Assembly: GCA_001817915.1 (NCBI GenBank)
Contig: MHJJ01000011.1
Coordinates: forward strand, 17,710-80,121
DNA: 62,412 nt
From: Candidatus Harrisonbacteria bacterium RIFCSPLOWO2_01_FULL_44_18
Lineage (GTDB): Bacteria; Patescibacteriota; Minisyncoccia; UBA6257; WO2-44-18
Direction of reading: 5' to 3'
The translations under genes and the position numbers were made by a program. Below are positions 1 to 9,199 of this stretch, piece after piece (positions within the stretch are counted from its first letter, which is position 1; each line of letters begins with the position of its first letter). The notes beneath the pieces are model-generated. The model was not told where the DNA came from. It worked only from the letters and a program-made list of their open reading frames with translations, and did not search any database.

Positions 1-278
1 CGCGGCACAAACCAATGAATAATATCAAACCGTTCTTTGGTGGTAAGGAAAAAATAGAGCTCGGCCAAAAAACGAAAGCCCCCGAATGGCTTCATAATTA
101 TTTCCCGAGCCTCTTGATATAAAGATTCTTCGGGAATTTTCTCAAAATGTATCAGAGTTAAATCTATTTCCGGATCTTTCAGAAATTCCTTCGCCAAGTG
201 ACGGAGATAAACCTCGGTTCCTTTGCCCGGCCTCCGATCCAACAAATGAGACATAAAAGCCACCTTAATTTTTTGCAT
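1..278 (-). CDS. glycosyltransferase (GT4-like), N-terminal part; gene continues beyond window start
   Basis: Own minus-strand translation from ATG at 278-276 gives MQKIKVAFMSHLLDRRPGKGTEVYLRHLAKEFLKDPEIDLTLIHFEK... The frame stays open to position 1. It is absent from the ORF track because the window truncates it. The N-terminal pattern resembles the other GT4 genes here. Confidence 0.5.
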   Translation of the reverse strand, partial: MQKIKVAFMSHLLDRRPGKGTEVYLRHLAKEFLKDPEIDLTLIHFEKIPEESLYQEAREIIMKPFGGFRFLAELYFFLTTKERFDIIHWFVP

Positions 279-279
279 A

Positions 280-409
280 CCAGGTTAGTAGAAACTCGAT
301 TATATTAATTCAATCATGACTTTTGTTATTACTTCATCTGTTACCAGGCGATGATTATGCCGATAGCCTTCTCCGCCTTTGGCGGAGCAATCGAGTTTTC
401 ACTACCTGG
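280..409. repeat. intergenic palindromic element with ~21-bp terminal inverted repeats
   Basis: 280-301 CCAGGTTAGTAGAAACTCGATT matches the reverse complement of 389-409 (CCAGGTAGTGAAAACTCGATT). A nested GC hairpin CTCCGCC-TTT-GGCGGAG lies at 371-387. The element fills the whole spacer between two co-directional genes. Confidence 0.6.
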
Positions 410-1781
410 CATAGTTCAAAATTGCTTTAGCGACGCGCTCCGCGGATTTTCCGTCAGTAAAAGCGCATTGGCGCAAAACAAGATTTTTTCTTTCCTCTTT
501 CCTTCTTTCAGGGTGTAAAAGCGCGTCATTAATCGCGTCATAAAGTTCTTTCTCGTTAAAAACAAAAGCAAGGGCATTTATTTTTTTTATATCCGCCAGA
601 TGCTCAAAATCAAAAAGTTTCTTGGCTGATTGATAATATCCCTTTTTCTGATAACCATCAAAAAGAACGCTGATTGTGGGCTTATCAAAAACACAGCTTT
701 CAATAAGAAAGGTTGACGACATCGCGAGCACCGCGTCAGCGTGAAAAAGCGAATTGACCATAAAATCCAAGGACTCTTCTTCAAATTCCCAATCATCCCG
801 TCCGGTTCCCAAATGCTCAACCGGCGAATGGATAAAAACTCTGGGAAGTTTCTCAACAACCGCCATTTTTTCTTTTGGAAAATCATATCGCGGGTATGGC
901 CGAACCAAAATTTGGGTGTCCGCCGGCAAAACGCCGGAGACGATCCCCTTTTGAATAATCTCAACCACATCCAGATCAAAAGCAATGCTGGCCTTGCCCG
1001 AGGCAGCGTATAAAACCAATTTTTTCTTAGGATCGCCGCCGATGCTTTTTATGAATTCATCGCGGCCGATAATTCCCCTTTTTTGAAAATATCTGTCATA
1101 TTGCGGAATTCCCGTGACCACGACTTTTTCCAAAGGGTAACCGGCAAACTTTTGCGCCTCCTCTTTAATTACCGGATTATGTACTATCAAACGATCGGGG
1201 AAAACGCAAAGCGGCGATTTAGTGGTTAAATTATCCCAACTCAAAATCATGCCCATTGTTTTAGTGTTTCTTCTTTTAGCTTCAAGCAGTAACCTGTAAT
1301 CATCTGGATTAATCATATTCGCGGCAAAAGCAAGATCGGGCCGGTATTTATCAAAAAGGCGTCCATAATAATTACTTGGAAGCCGGCCATAGACCCAGCG
1401 CATAAAAGAACGCCACCACGAAAAACCGCCCAAGTGCCAAACAAGTCTTTGTGCGGGAAAAAAAATCGGCTTCCATAAATATGAAGCATAAGAGCCAAAT
1501 CTTAACACCTGTGAATACTGCTGAATTTTGACGCTATTAGTATGAATAGCATCCACGGTTAGAAAATGAAAAAGGCGCTCTATCCAAGAATCCCTCGCTT
1601 CAACCGGCAAACGCTCAAATATGACATCCTCAAATTCTTTTTGGTAATAAGGTATTTTTTCTTCCGGAACAAGCGCCACAACGCGCGTGTCCCCCTCATT
1701 AAGCAAAACCGAAAGCGCGCCGCTTCGGAAAAGATTGCGAATCGCGAAAGTGTTATGAAGGGTGATAAAAATTGTTTTCAT
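402..1781 (-). CDS. uncharacterized GT-B-like polysaccharide biosynthesis protein (paralog of 14447..15835)
   Basis: 459-aa ORF whose start overlaps the stop of the upstream gene (1778-1781). It is clearly homologous by eye to 14447..15835. Shared features are the MKTIFI N-terminus, SWDNLT(T/A)(K/N)(S/K), IGGDPxKxLxLxAA and FDKP(T/V)I(S/N)V. I do not recognise the family. Confidence 0.6.
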   Translation of the reverse strand: MKTIFITLHNTFAIRNLFRSGALSVLLNEGDTRVVALVPEEKIPYYQKEFEDVIFERLPVEARDSWIERLFHFLTVDAIHTNSVKIQQYSQVLRFGSYASYLWKPIFFPAQRLVWHLGGFSWWRSFMRWVYGRLPSNYYGRLFDKYRPDLAFAANMINPDDYRLLLEAKRRNTKTMGMILSWDNLTTKSPLCVFPDRLIVHNPVIKEEAQKFAGYPLEKVVVTGIPQYDRYFQKRGIIGRDEFIKSIGGDPKKKLVLYAASGKASIAFDLDVVEIIQKGIVSGVLPADTQILVRPYPRYDFPKEKMAVVEKLPRVFIHSPVEHLGTGRDDWEFEEESLDFMVNSLFHADAVLAMSSTFLIESCVFDKPTISVLFDGYQKKGYYQSAKKLFDFEHLADIKKINALAFVFNEKELYDAINDALLHPERRKEERKNLVLRQCAFTDGKSAERVAKAILNYAR

Positions 1782-4216
1782 CTTTTAAGCAGGCCTTCTA
1801 TTAAATTTTTATAAGAATACCGTAAATTAACGGTGTGCGCGCCCGATGGAACAAAAATGCCCATATAAACTGAATTGCTTGTATAAAGCGGCGCTTCTTT
1901 ACCGTCAATAAAAACTTTCCAGCCCGGAATGTTGTTTCTAGCGACAATAAGAAATTCGTCATTGGCGGAAAAAGTTTTTATGACAATATCGGCGTTGTCT
2001 TGTTTCAATAATATAACTTCTCCGGCTTCTTGTTTGTTTGCGCGCGCAAAATTCGGACAAGCGGCGCATTCAATAAGAACGCGGAGCGGGTCGGCGCTTG
2101 TTTCTTTCAACATCTTGAATGCCCGCTCTTCGTCTTCGGAAATAAACGTAACTTGACCGGCAAAATAAACAAATGGCCTGGCTTCTTTATTTTCATAAAT
2201 GCCGATCGGGATGTTGTAGGGAGGGATCTGGCCGGAGAAAACTTTTTCAAATCTTGTTTCGTCCAGAGGAAAAACGCTGATTAGATATTTCACGCCGAGA
2301 AGATCCATCAGCCATTTATTTGATTGCACAACCGCGATTTTATCTTTTAATAAAGCTTTCGGGTCGTGAATAACCGGAACTTTTATGACGCTTTTCCCAT
2401 TGCCAAGATGAGCGGCCGCTCTGGCCATTCGGCGATTCATCAAATTGTCGTAATATCCCAAAGAGTTAATGCCGAAACGCTGATTTATATTGGGCTGAAG
2501 CGTTTCATAAAGAAAGAGGATGCGCCCGTCAATATCGTCCTGAAATTTTCTGTAAAATTCCGCTTGAGAATCGCCGGGAAGAACAGAAAGCGACAAACCC
2601 GGATAATTTTGTAAAAATTGAACCGTGGATGGCGCGTAATCGGCAAGCGACCGAGAATAGGTCTGGCGATAGAACGGGAAAACCGCGATAAAATTCAGCG
2701 CGACTAAAATAAAAGAAAGTCGGATAAAACGCGGCTCCGCCAACTTATTCCTCCGATAATAAAAAATTAACGCGGAAGTGGCTACCAGAAAAAACACCGG
2801 TAAAAACACCGAAGGGGAGGTGATGTCAAAAAGTCCCGTCAACCGCTGATAGTATCTGTCAATAAGGTCATGATAGAACTGCATGGGCTGAAGATATGGA
2901 CGAGCGGGATACATATAAAGATCAAAGTATCTATGGAGCCAAGCCAGTATCTTTTCCCCAAAAAGAGCCGTGATCGCGCTTAACATCAAAATGCCGGTGG
3001 CAACTATGCCGGAAAGCCACAAAAATAATTTGCAAATCGCGTTTTTTGAACGAGAGAAATTTTTTTCAAGAAATTGATCCATACCAAAACCAACCAATAA
3101 AGAAGAAACAAAGCCGGCCAGAAACATCCACCGTCCCGCTCCGCGTAGCATATTCATAATGGGCAATTTTGTAAAAATCCAGATAAGCGGCGAATAATTA
3201 ACGACTAAAAGAAGAATGAACAGGTAAAAAAAAGAGAGAAATCGCGCTAACCCTCGACGAACAGTAAAAGCGTAAAGAAGCAAAAATAAAGAGAGGGCTC
3301 CCAGATAAAAAGAAATTTGGGCGTCGGGAATGTGCGGCGGATGGAAAAAGGGAAGAAGAAAACGAACAAAGTCTTGAGGATTGGCGGCCCCAACCAACGC
3401 GGTCTCAAAACTAACGCCGCCAATACGGCTGGATTGAGGGATAAAAACTAAAACCGGAAGGATCTGCGCCAAGCCGATCGCTAAACCGACCGCCATAACC
3501 GCGAACCACTTGCCAACTACTTTGGCAATTTGAATCATGGGGACTTTTTCTCTCCAAGATCTCCACAGAAGATATAAAGAAAAAATCGCCAAACCAAGAA
3601 AGATTTCTTGTACCCAATTATAATTTGTGGAAAGCCAGAGAAAGCCGACGGATAACCCGCCGAGAAAAACCCAACGCCATCTTTTTTCCGCCCAAATTTT
3701 ATAAAAAATCAGAAAAAGAAGCGGCAAGTAAGGTACGCCGTTTGTGAGTGTTGACTCCCCCACGTAAAACCAAGCGCTGGCAATGTAAGTAATTCCGCCG
3801 ATGAGACGCCCCGCCCAAGACACTTTAAATTCTTTCAACAGACGCGCGGTAAAAAAAGCCCCCAAAACAAGGTGCAGAAAAGTAAGCCAATGATAAGCCG
3901 TTAGAACTTCAAGAAATCGAAAGAATAAATAATTGATCGGGTAGAAAAGTCCGCCGATGGTATTCAAAATGGTCGGAAAACCCCCGAAAGATATTGGGTT
4001 TAGTAAAAAACTTTCACCGGCGCGGATGGCGTTTTGATAAAAAGAAAAAGTTGGCTCGGCCGCCGTCAATAAATCCATGCGGTAAAGAACCCGAAAGCCA
4101 AGCAACTCGGGAGCAAGGGCGATAAAAATCGGCAACGAAAGCAAAAGAATATCCATCCACCACGACTCCTTATGTCGGACGATTTTTTCAAACAAAATTT
4201 TCATTTTACTCGGCAA
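1778..4216 (-). CDS. large polytopic membrane protein, GT-C-type (YfhO-like) putative glycosyltransferase
   Basis: 812-aa ORF. It has a long N-terminal region of many hydrophobic helices followed by a soluble C-terminal domain of a few hundred residues. It overlaps both neighbours, in operon style. Confidence 0.55.
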   Translation of the reverse strand: MPSKMKILFEKIVRHKESWWMDILLLSLPIFIALAPELLGFRVLYRMDLLTAAEPTFSFYQNAIRAGESFLLNPISFGGFPTILNTIGGLFYPINYLFFRFLEVLTAYHWLTFLHLVLGAFFTARLLKEFKVSWAGRLIGGITYIASAWFYVGESTLTNGVPYLPLLFLIFYKIWAEKRWRWVFLGGLSVGFLWLSTNYNWVQEIFLGLAIFSLYLLWRSWREKVPMIQIAKVVGKWFAVMAVGLAIGLAQILPVLVFIPQSSRIGGVSFETALVGAANPQDFVRFLLPFFHPPHIPDAQISFYLGALSLFLLLYAFTVRRGLARFLSFFYLFILLLVVNYSPLIWIFTKLPIMNMLRGAGRWMFLAGFVSSLLVGFGMDQFLEKNFSRSKNAICKLFLWLSGIVATGILMLSAITALFGEKILAWLHRYFDLYMYPARPYLQPMQFYHDLIDRYYQRLTGLFDITSPSVFLPVFFLVATSALIFYYRRNKLAEPRFIRLSFILVALNFIAVFPFYRQTYSRSLADYAPSTVQFLQNYPGLSLSVLPGDSQAEFYRKFQDDIDGRILFLYETLQPNINQRFGINSLGYYDNLMNRRMARAAAHLGNGKSVIKVPVIHDPKALLKDKIAVVQSNKWLMDLLGVKYLISVFPLDETRFEKVFSGQIPPYNIPIGIYENKEARPFVYFAGQVTFISEDEERAFKMLKETSADPLRVLIECAACPNFARANKQEAGEVILLKQDNADIVIKTFSANDEFLIVARNNIPGWKVFIDGKEAPLYTSNSVYMGIFVPSGAHTVNLRYSYKNLIEGLLKR

Positions 4217-4965
4217 AACATTAAAAGCGAGCTACCGGCAGGAATGGCGCGATATCTCATAAAAAACCGCTCAATATCCAGCCAGCGCAGTAATAAATTA
4301 TTTATGAGAGGCGGTTGAATAATATCCAGAGTATCCGCCGGCCGGCGAATGCCCATTAAAGTCAGAATAAATCTTTTAAGTTTGTGAAATAGGAAAAATG
4401 GTATGGCCGAGAAAACAAAATGACTTTCTTTTTTTATAATAAAGCCCGTTTCTCTTAATTTATCTCGCAGCTCAGAACTTTTATAGCGCCGGAGATGATG
4501 AAGAGCTTCATCATGCTCGCTCCAAAGCCAACGATGCGCGGGAACAGTGATTAATAATGAACCGCCGGGTCTTAGAACTCTCTTTATTTCAGACAGCGCG
4601 CGCCGATCATCCCAAATATGCTCCAAAACATCAAGCGCCATCACTAAATCAAAAGAAGCGGCATCAAAAGGCAAATTAGTCGCGTCCCCCAAAATCAACT
4701 TCTTAAAACCTTTATCGCTAGAAAATTTTAAGGCCTCTGTTGAAATATCCAGGCCCGTCACTTCCCCAAAATCTTTTACAACAAGGATATTCCCACCGGC
4801 GCCGCATCCAAAATCCAAAATTGACATTCTCGACGGCTTTTTCGGCAAATACCTTTCCAAAATGTCGCGCAAAATCTTTCGCCGGCCAACATTCCACCAA
4901 TAAAACTTCTCGCGCTCGTAAAGGCGCTGATATTCTATTAACTCCATGGAATTATTTGTTTTCAA
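4201..4965 (-). CDS. class I SAM-dependent methyltransferase
   Basis: Motif I ILDFGCGAGGN and the post-motif DLVMALDVLEHI; 254 aa. Confidence 0.85.
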   Translation of the reverse strand: MKTNNSMELIEYQRLYEREKFYWWNVGRRKILRDILERYLPKKPSRMSILDFGCGAGGNILVVKDFGEVTGLDISTEALKFSSDKGFKKLILGDATNLPFDAASFDLVMALDVLEHIWDDRRALSEIKRVLRPGGSLLITVPAHRWLWSEHDEALHHLRRYKSSELRDKLRETGFIIKKESHFVFSAIPFFLFHKLKRFILTLMGIRRPADTLDIIQPPLINNLLLRWLDIERFFMRYRAIPAGSSLLMFCRVK

Positions 4966-5035
4966 TTTTGTTATAAGCCGGAAAAATAACAGAGATCATG
5001 AATAAACATTACAATAAAAAAACCTCGGTCGCAAT

Positions 5036-5067
5036 AAAAAAGAGGGGGCGCTTACGCGAACCCCCTC
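5036..5067 (-). terminator. Rho-independent terminator of 5073..6179
   Basis: Minus strand reads GAGGGGGTTCGCGTAAGCGCCCCCTC followed by TTTTTTATT. The stem is at 5042-5067 and the T-run at 5036-5041. Confidence 0.7.
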
Positions 5068-5072
5068 AAAAA

Positions 5073-6179
5073 CTATGCCGATGTGCCGATGATCTGCTCA
5101 ATGACGTCGGCCATCTTGCGAAGCGCGGCGCCGCGCTCTGTCGGCCTCGGGCAAAGTTCCTGCTGGCGTGCGCGCATCTGTACAAACCCGTCGGCTGTGA
5201 GAAGAATCCTAATCTTGTCGGCGAGTTTGCTGGCATCGGCCACGACAAGCTCCGAAAGGCCGCTTCCAACCGCTTCAAGTACTCGGTTGCCACTTATCCG
5301 CTCAAGTATCCGAAACAGCACTTCGAAACCCAAGCTCACCACCGGAACGTTCTGATACGCGCCTTCGATCCCGATGGAGCCTCCGAACTCCACGATGATG
5401 TCAGCGCCGGGAACCATGTCGGACGTTGTGAGAACTTCTCTGCCAACGATTCTTGCCGGCACTGGACTGAAAAAGATAAGCTTATCATAAAGCTTCATCT
5501 CTTTCTGTGTCGCGGCATCGATGGCATAGGGAGTACGATCTCCCGGATGTGTGGCCAAGATCAACTGGAAGCGCTGCCCCTTCGCTCTAAGGAGCGAGAG
5601 TGCCTCCATTACAATGGTCCACGAAGCCATATTTCCAACCCCGAATTGGCCGCCGCCGCCGGCAGCGAGAACAATTTTCTCATCAATCGCAACTCCGAGC
5701 TTCGATCGTACTTCATCCCGAGTGAAACGTGGGAAGGCCATTTCCTCACGGAGTGGATTGCCAGTGCCGACGAGCCGCGCATTCGGAAAAACTTCATGCG
5801 CTACGTCGGCATCCGCCTGCGTTACGCCGAAGTAGAAAGCGGTAGCGGGGGCAAGTTTTTCAAACCAAGCCCCATTCCGCGCTCGCGCCCAGCAACGAGG
5901 GACATCGCCGTAGAAGCCGTAGGGCACTCCAGCAGTCCTTGTGGCTTCGCCAGCCGCGATCTCGGGTTGCGCGAGTTCAAGAGAAGAAGACATCCCAAGA
6001 ATGACAACACTTGCATGAGATGCCGCAAGCGCTATCTCCTCCGCCGTCTTTATCAGCGGCTTCCCTTCACCTATGAAAAGATCCACATCAAATCCGCGCT
6101 CCTTTAGAATCGGCTCCAAACGCTTGAAGCAACCTGAGGGAGCAAAATCTCTCGCGATAAGAACTGCTTTTCTGTTCAC
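5073..6179 (-). CDS. GC-rich Rossmann/GT-B-like protein of unknown function
   Basis: 368-aa minus-strand ORF with a protein-like sequence (AAGGGGQFGVGN glycine loop, alternating beta-alpha pattern). It has a GTG start preceded by GGAGGT at 6185-6190 and its own terminator. The equally long plus-strand ORF 4998..6107 is an Arg/Cys-rich shadow. Confidence 0.6.
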   Translation of the reverse strand: MNRKAVLIARDFAPSGCFKRLEPILKERGFDVDLFIGEGKPLIKTAEEIALAASHASVVILGMSSSLELAQPEIAAGEATRTAGVPYGFYGDVPRCWARARNGAWFEKLAPATAFYFGVTQADADVAHEVFPNARLVGTGNPLREEMAFPRFTRDEVRSKLGVAIDEKIVLAAGGGGQFGVGNMASWTIVMEALSLLRAKGQRFQLILATHPGDRTPYAIDAATQKEMKLYDKLIFFSPVPARIVGREVLTTSDMVPGADIIVEFGGSIGIEGAYQNVPVVSLGFEVLFRILERISGNRVLEAVGSGLSELVVADASKLADKIRILLTADGFVQMRARQQELCPRPTERGAALRKMADVIEQIIGTSA

Positions 6180-6308
6180 TGCGCACCTCCATTCTCAAAG
6201 TGCGATTCACCGCGACATTCTGCGGTAAAACCTATCGGACACCGATATTATCAGCAATCATAGCATACATCAGCCTTGCAGTCAAATAAAAATCTGCGAT
6301 CCCTTAAT

Positions 6309-7232
6309 TTATTTTTTTTCAAAAACTTTGCGGATGATGTAATGCGTGTCTCTTCGCCCCTCATAATATGATCGGAGCATGATCTCCGATAAAAATCCGA
6401 GCATGATAAGCAGAACTCCTAAAACAAAAAAGAGGGAGACAACGACAGGAAGCGGGGTTTGGGCAAAATTCCGAAGTCCCATCAATTTAAGAATAAGCGC
6501 CCACAGGGCGGCTAGAAAACCTATGCCGAAACTCGCGAGGCCAAATCCTCCAAAAAAAACGAGAGGGCGGGACGTACTCATTAAAAATTTAATAGTGAGG
6601 AGGTCAGCTACGTCTTTTGCTCCTTTTATAAAGGTATGCTTTGAAATTCCATGCATCCTTTCATAGTGCCGTACCGGAATTTCAGCGACTCGCGCTCCGC
6701 GCAAAACAAGAATGGCCCCCAGAAAAACGTGCATTTCTCCGTATAATCGGGCGCCTTTCATATATTCTTTTCGGAAAATTTTTATGGGACAGGCATAATC
6801 ATGAAAATATACGCCGAGAATTCTTCGGGCAAGAAAATTCGCGAAGCGGGAAAAAAGCCACCGTCCCAAAGAATCCTTTCTGTCTTTTCTCCACCCAACA
6901 ACAGCGTCATACCCTTCCCGAAGTTTTAAGAACATGGGCGCAATATCAAGGGGATCGGTTTGTAAATCTCCATCCATAATCACCACAATATCCCCCTGAG
7001 CCATATGAATCCCGGCATCCAACGCAGAGCTTTGCCCATAATTACGGGCAAATTCAATAATAGTAATCGGGGAAAGGGTATGTAATTTTTTTATAGTTCC
7101 GTCTGTAGAACCGTCATCCACAAAAATTATTTCATACGGCTCGTGAATATCATCAAGAGCCGATTTTGTCCGGCGGTGGAGTTCTTCAACGTTTCCTTCT
7201 TCATTTTTTACAGGAAAAATAACGGAAATCAT
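6309..7232 (-). CDS. polyprenol-phosphate glycosyltransferase, GT2 (GtrB/ArnC/DPM1-like)
   Basis: ISVIFPVKNEE, FVDDGSTDGT and DGDLQTDP (DxD) motifs, plus two C-terminal transmembrane helices. Confidence 0.85.
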   Translation of the reverse strand: MISVIFPVKNEEGNVEELHRRTKSALDDIHEPYEIIFVDDGSTDGTIKKLHTLSPITIIEFARNYGQSSALDAGIHMAQGDIVVIMDGDLQTDPLDIAPMFLKLREGYDAVVGWRKDRKDSLGRWLFSRFANFLARRILGVYFHDYACPIKIFRKEYMKGARLYGEMHVFLGAILVLRGARVAEIPVRHYERMHGISKHTFIKGAKDVADLLTIKFLMSTSRPLVFFGGFGLASFGIGFLAALWALILKLMGLRNFAQTPLPVVVSLFFVLGVLLIMLGFLSEIMLRSYYEGRRDTHYIIRKVFEKK

Positions 7233-7270
7233 AATACAAACATTATAGCTTACAAAATTTACACATTCAA

Positions 7271-7299
7271 TTGACAGTCTTATTGAAATATAATAATAT
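7271..7299 (+). promoter_or_regulatory. putative sigma70-type promoter for 7341..7916
   Basis: TTGACA at 7271-7276, a 17-nt spacer and TAATAT at 7294-7299. A strong GGAGGGACGGAGG RBS sits just before the ATG at 7341. Confidence 0.3.
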
Positions 7300-7340
7300 A
7301 CTAACAGCTTCTTTTACAATCCGAAGGAGGGACGGAGGAA

Positions 7341-7916
7341 ATGAAACAAAAAACGCCTTGTCTCATCGTAGTCTGTGGATGGCCAGTTTCGGGAAAAAGC
7401 ACAATTGCTGAAAATCTTTCAAAAGAGCTCAAGATCCACTGGGTTGACATTGATGATATAAGACGAATTATTTTTGGAATTCCGCACCCCCACCCCGATC
7501 AATCTCCGGAGCTTCGAGCGCGTGATAACCAGGAGATGAGCGAAAGTTATCAACTTCTGATGCATGTGGTTGACTTTCATTTGACATACAATCGCTCGCT
7601 GATAATTACGGCAACATTTTCAAGAAAAACCGGCCAGGACGCATTGCAAAATATATATGAAAAACATCCGTCTGTGCCAGTCAAGATTATACAATGCAAG
7701 CCAACCTTACTTGATGATACGGCGGTAGAAAAGAGAATTAGTAGCCGGGGTTTTGGAGAAAAATATATTGGCGGAGTAAATTCACTCGCGCGTTATCATG
7801 AAGTAAAAGACCGTTATGAGCCCATTGAGCTTCCCCACATTGAAATTGATACGTCAGGAGACATTTCTCAATGCGTAGAGGCGGCACTTAAATTTATTGC
7901 AGCTCACCAGCGCTAG
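7341..7916 (+). CDS. P-loop NTPase, kinase-like ATP-binding protein
   Basis: Walker A motif CGWPVSGKST near the N-terminus; 191 aa. It is the only plus-strand gene inside a long minus-strand run. Its 3' end overlaps the convergent hddC-like gene by 23 nt. Confidence 0.55.
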   Translation: MKQKTPCLIVVCGWPVSGKSTIAENLSKELKIHWVDIDDIRRIIFGIPHPHPDQSPELRARDNQEMSESYQLLMHVVDFHLTYNRSLIITATFSRKTGQDALQNIYEKHPSVPVKIIQCKPTLLDDTAVEKRISSRGFGEKYIGGVNSLARYHEVKDRYEPIELPHIEIDTSGDISQCVEAALKFIAAHQR

Positions 7917-8649
7917 GGCGCTGGTTTTTTATTTTCTTGAGATACGCCTCAACTGCCTTAAGTCGTTCAGGGGTGCCAATATCGCTAAGGTATTCACCAC
8001 ACTCATATCCATAGAAATACTCCCCTTGATTTAAGATATGAGGAAGAAGCTGATGATCAATTTCATAATAAACATTTTTCGGAATATACTTCAGAATTTT
8101 TTTATTAAAAATAAAAATGCTCCGCATTGATTTATATTTTTGCGGTAATACTGTATGCGGTTTTGGATAAATTTTTAAAAATCTCAAATTTTTATCAACT
8201 TCAACGAGATCAGAATCATAAGGATGGCCGGTGTCTCCTATAAGCTCCATGCCAACCGCTTTGATTTTTTCAAAAAACGCCCTTTTTTGATTTGTATAAT
8301 CAACGAGGCTAAAAACATCGCCATAAATTACAAAAAAATTATCTTTGAGTTTTTCTTCAAAATTTTTTATACCGCCGGCAGTTCCTAAAATCACTTTCTC
8401 AAACGCGTACTGAATTTTTATTCCAAAACGTTCCCCCGTGCCAAAATAGCTCTGTATTGCTTCGGGACAATAGTGAAGATTTATAAAAATTTCATTAATA
8501 CCGTGGAGCTTTAAATGCCTGATGTGGTGTTCCAGTAAAGGGGTTCCTAAAATCGGCACCATGACTTTGGGAATATTGTCCGTAAGAGGCCGGAGACGCT
8601 TTCCAAGGCCCGCCGAGAGAATTACTGCTTGCGTAATACTATAAGCCAT
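7894..8649 (-). CDS. hddC: sugar-1-phosphate nucleotidyltransferase, likely D-glycero-alpha-D-manno-heptose 1-phosphate guanylyltransferase
   Basis: N-terminal LSAGLGKRLRPLT nucleotidyltransferase motif; 251 aa. It lies directly downstream of gmhB, gmhA and hddA. Confidence 0.65.
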   Translation of the reverse strand: MAYSITQAVILSAGLGKRLRPLTDNIPKVMVPILGTPLLEHHIRHLKLHGINEIFINLHYCPEAIQSYFGTGERFGIKIQYAFEKVILGTAGGIKNFEEKLKDNFFVIYGDVFSLVDYTNQKRAFFEKIKAVGMELIGDTGHPYDSDLVEVDKNLRFLKIYPKPHTVLPQKYKSMRSIFIFNKKILKYIPKNVYYEIDHQLLPHILNQGEYFYGYECGEYLSDIGTPERLKAVEAYLKKIKNQRPSAGELQ

Positions 8650-9199
8650 ATTTTTTTATAATATCCACGGCGCGATATAAATTTTTTGCTTGAAAATCAG
8701 CCGCTGCCTGATATTTTCTATCCTGTCCTCCATAACCTGTTTTTACAAGAATCGATTTTAAGCCCGCTCTTTTCCCGGCAAGTATATCTGCCGTTCTGTC
8801 GCCAACGATAAAACTTTTATTTGGATCAATATTAAATATCCGAAGAGCTTTTTTTATCATGCCGATATTCGGTTTTCGGCACGAGCAACGAATTCTATAT
8901 TGTTTTAGATTTGCGTTCGGATGATGGGGACAATAATAGATGCCCTGAACGCGCGCGCCAGCTCTTTTGAGCCGTTCTAGTAAAACAGAATGCGCGTAAT
9001 CAACGTCTTGCTCGGTTGCCCAGCCGCGAGCAATAACCGGTTGATTTGTGATTATTATAACAAGATATTTTAGTAAATTTAATTTTTTGATCGCTTTCCC
9101 GACATTAGGCAAAAGTCGCAATTGGCTTAAATTCTTTAAAAGATCAGTTTCTTTATTAATGGTCCCGTCTCGATCTAAAAAAACAGCTTTTTGTTTCAT
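8639..9199 (-). CDS. gmhB: D,D-heptose 1,7-bisphosphate phosphatase (HAD-IIIA)
   Basis: FLDRDGTINK (HAD motif I), ITNQP, the CSCRKP zinc/loop motif and GDRTAD. Confidence 0.8.
   Translation of the reverse strand: MKQKAVFLDRDGTINKETDLLKNLSQLRLLPNVGKAIKKLNLLKYLVIIITNQPVIARGWATEQDVDYAHSVLLERLKRAGARVQGIYYCPHHPNANLKQYRIRCSCRKPNIGMIKKALRIFNIDPNKSFIVGDRTADILAGKRAGLKSILVKTGYGGQDRKYQAAADFQAKNLYRAVDIIKKYGL

Noticed and set aside
4998-6107. 369-aa plus-strand ORF as long as the opposite-strand gene
   Set aside because: The translation is Arg/Cys/His-rich with no protein-like periodicity or motif. It has no RBS. It lies antisense to a minus-strand ORF that has a GGAGGT RBS, a terminator and a plausible Rossmann-type sequence. 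It is a shadow ORF typical of locally GC-rich DNA.
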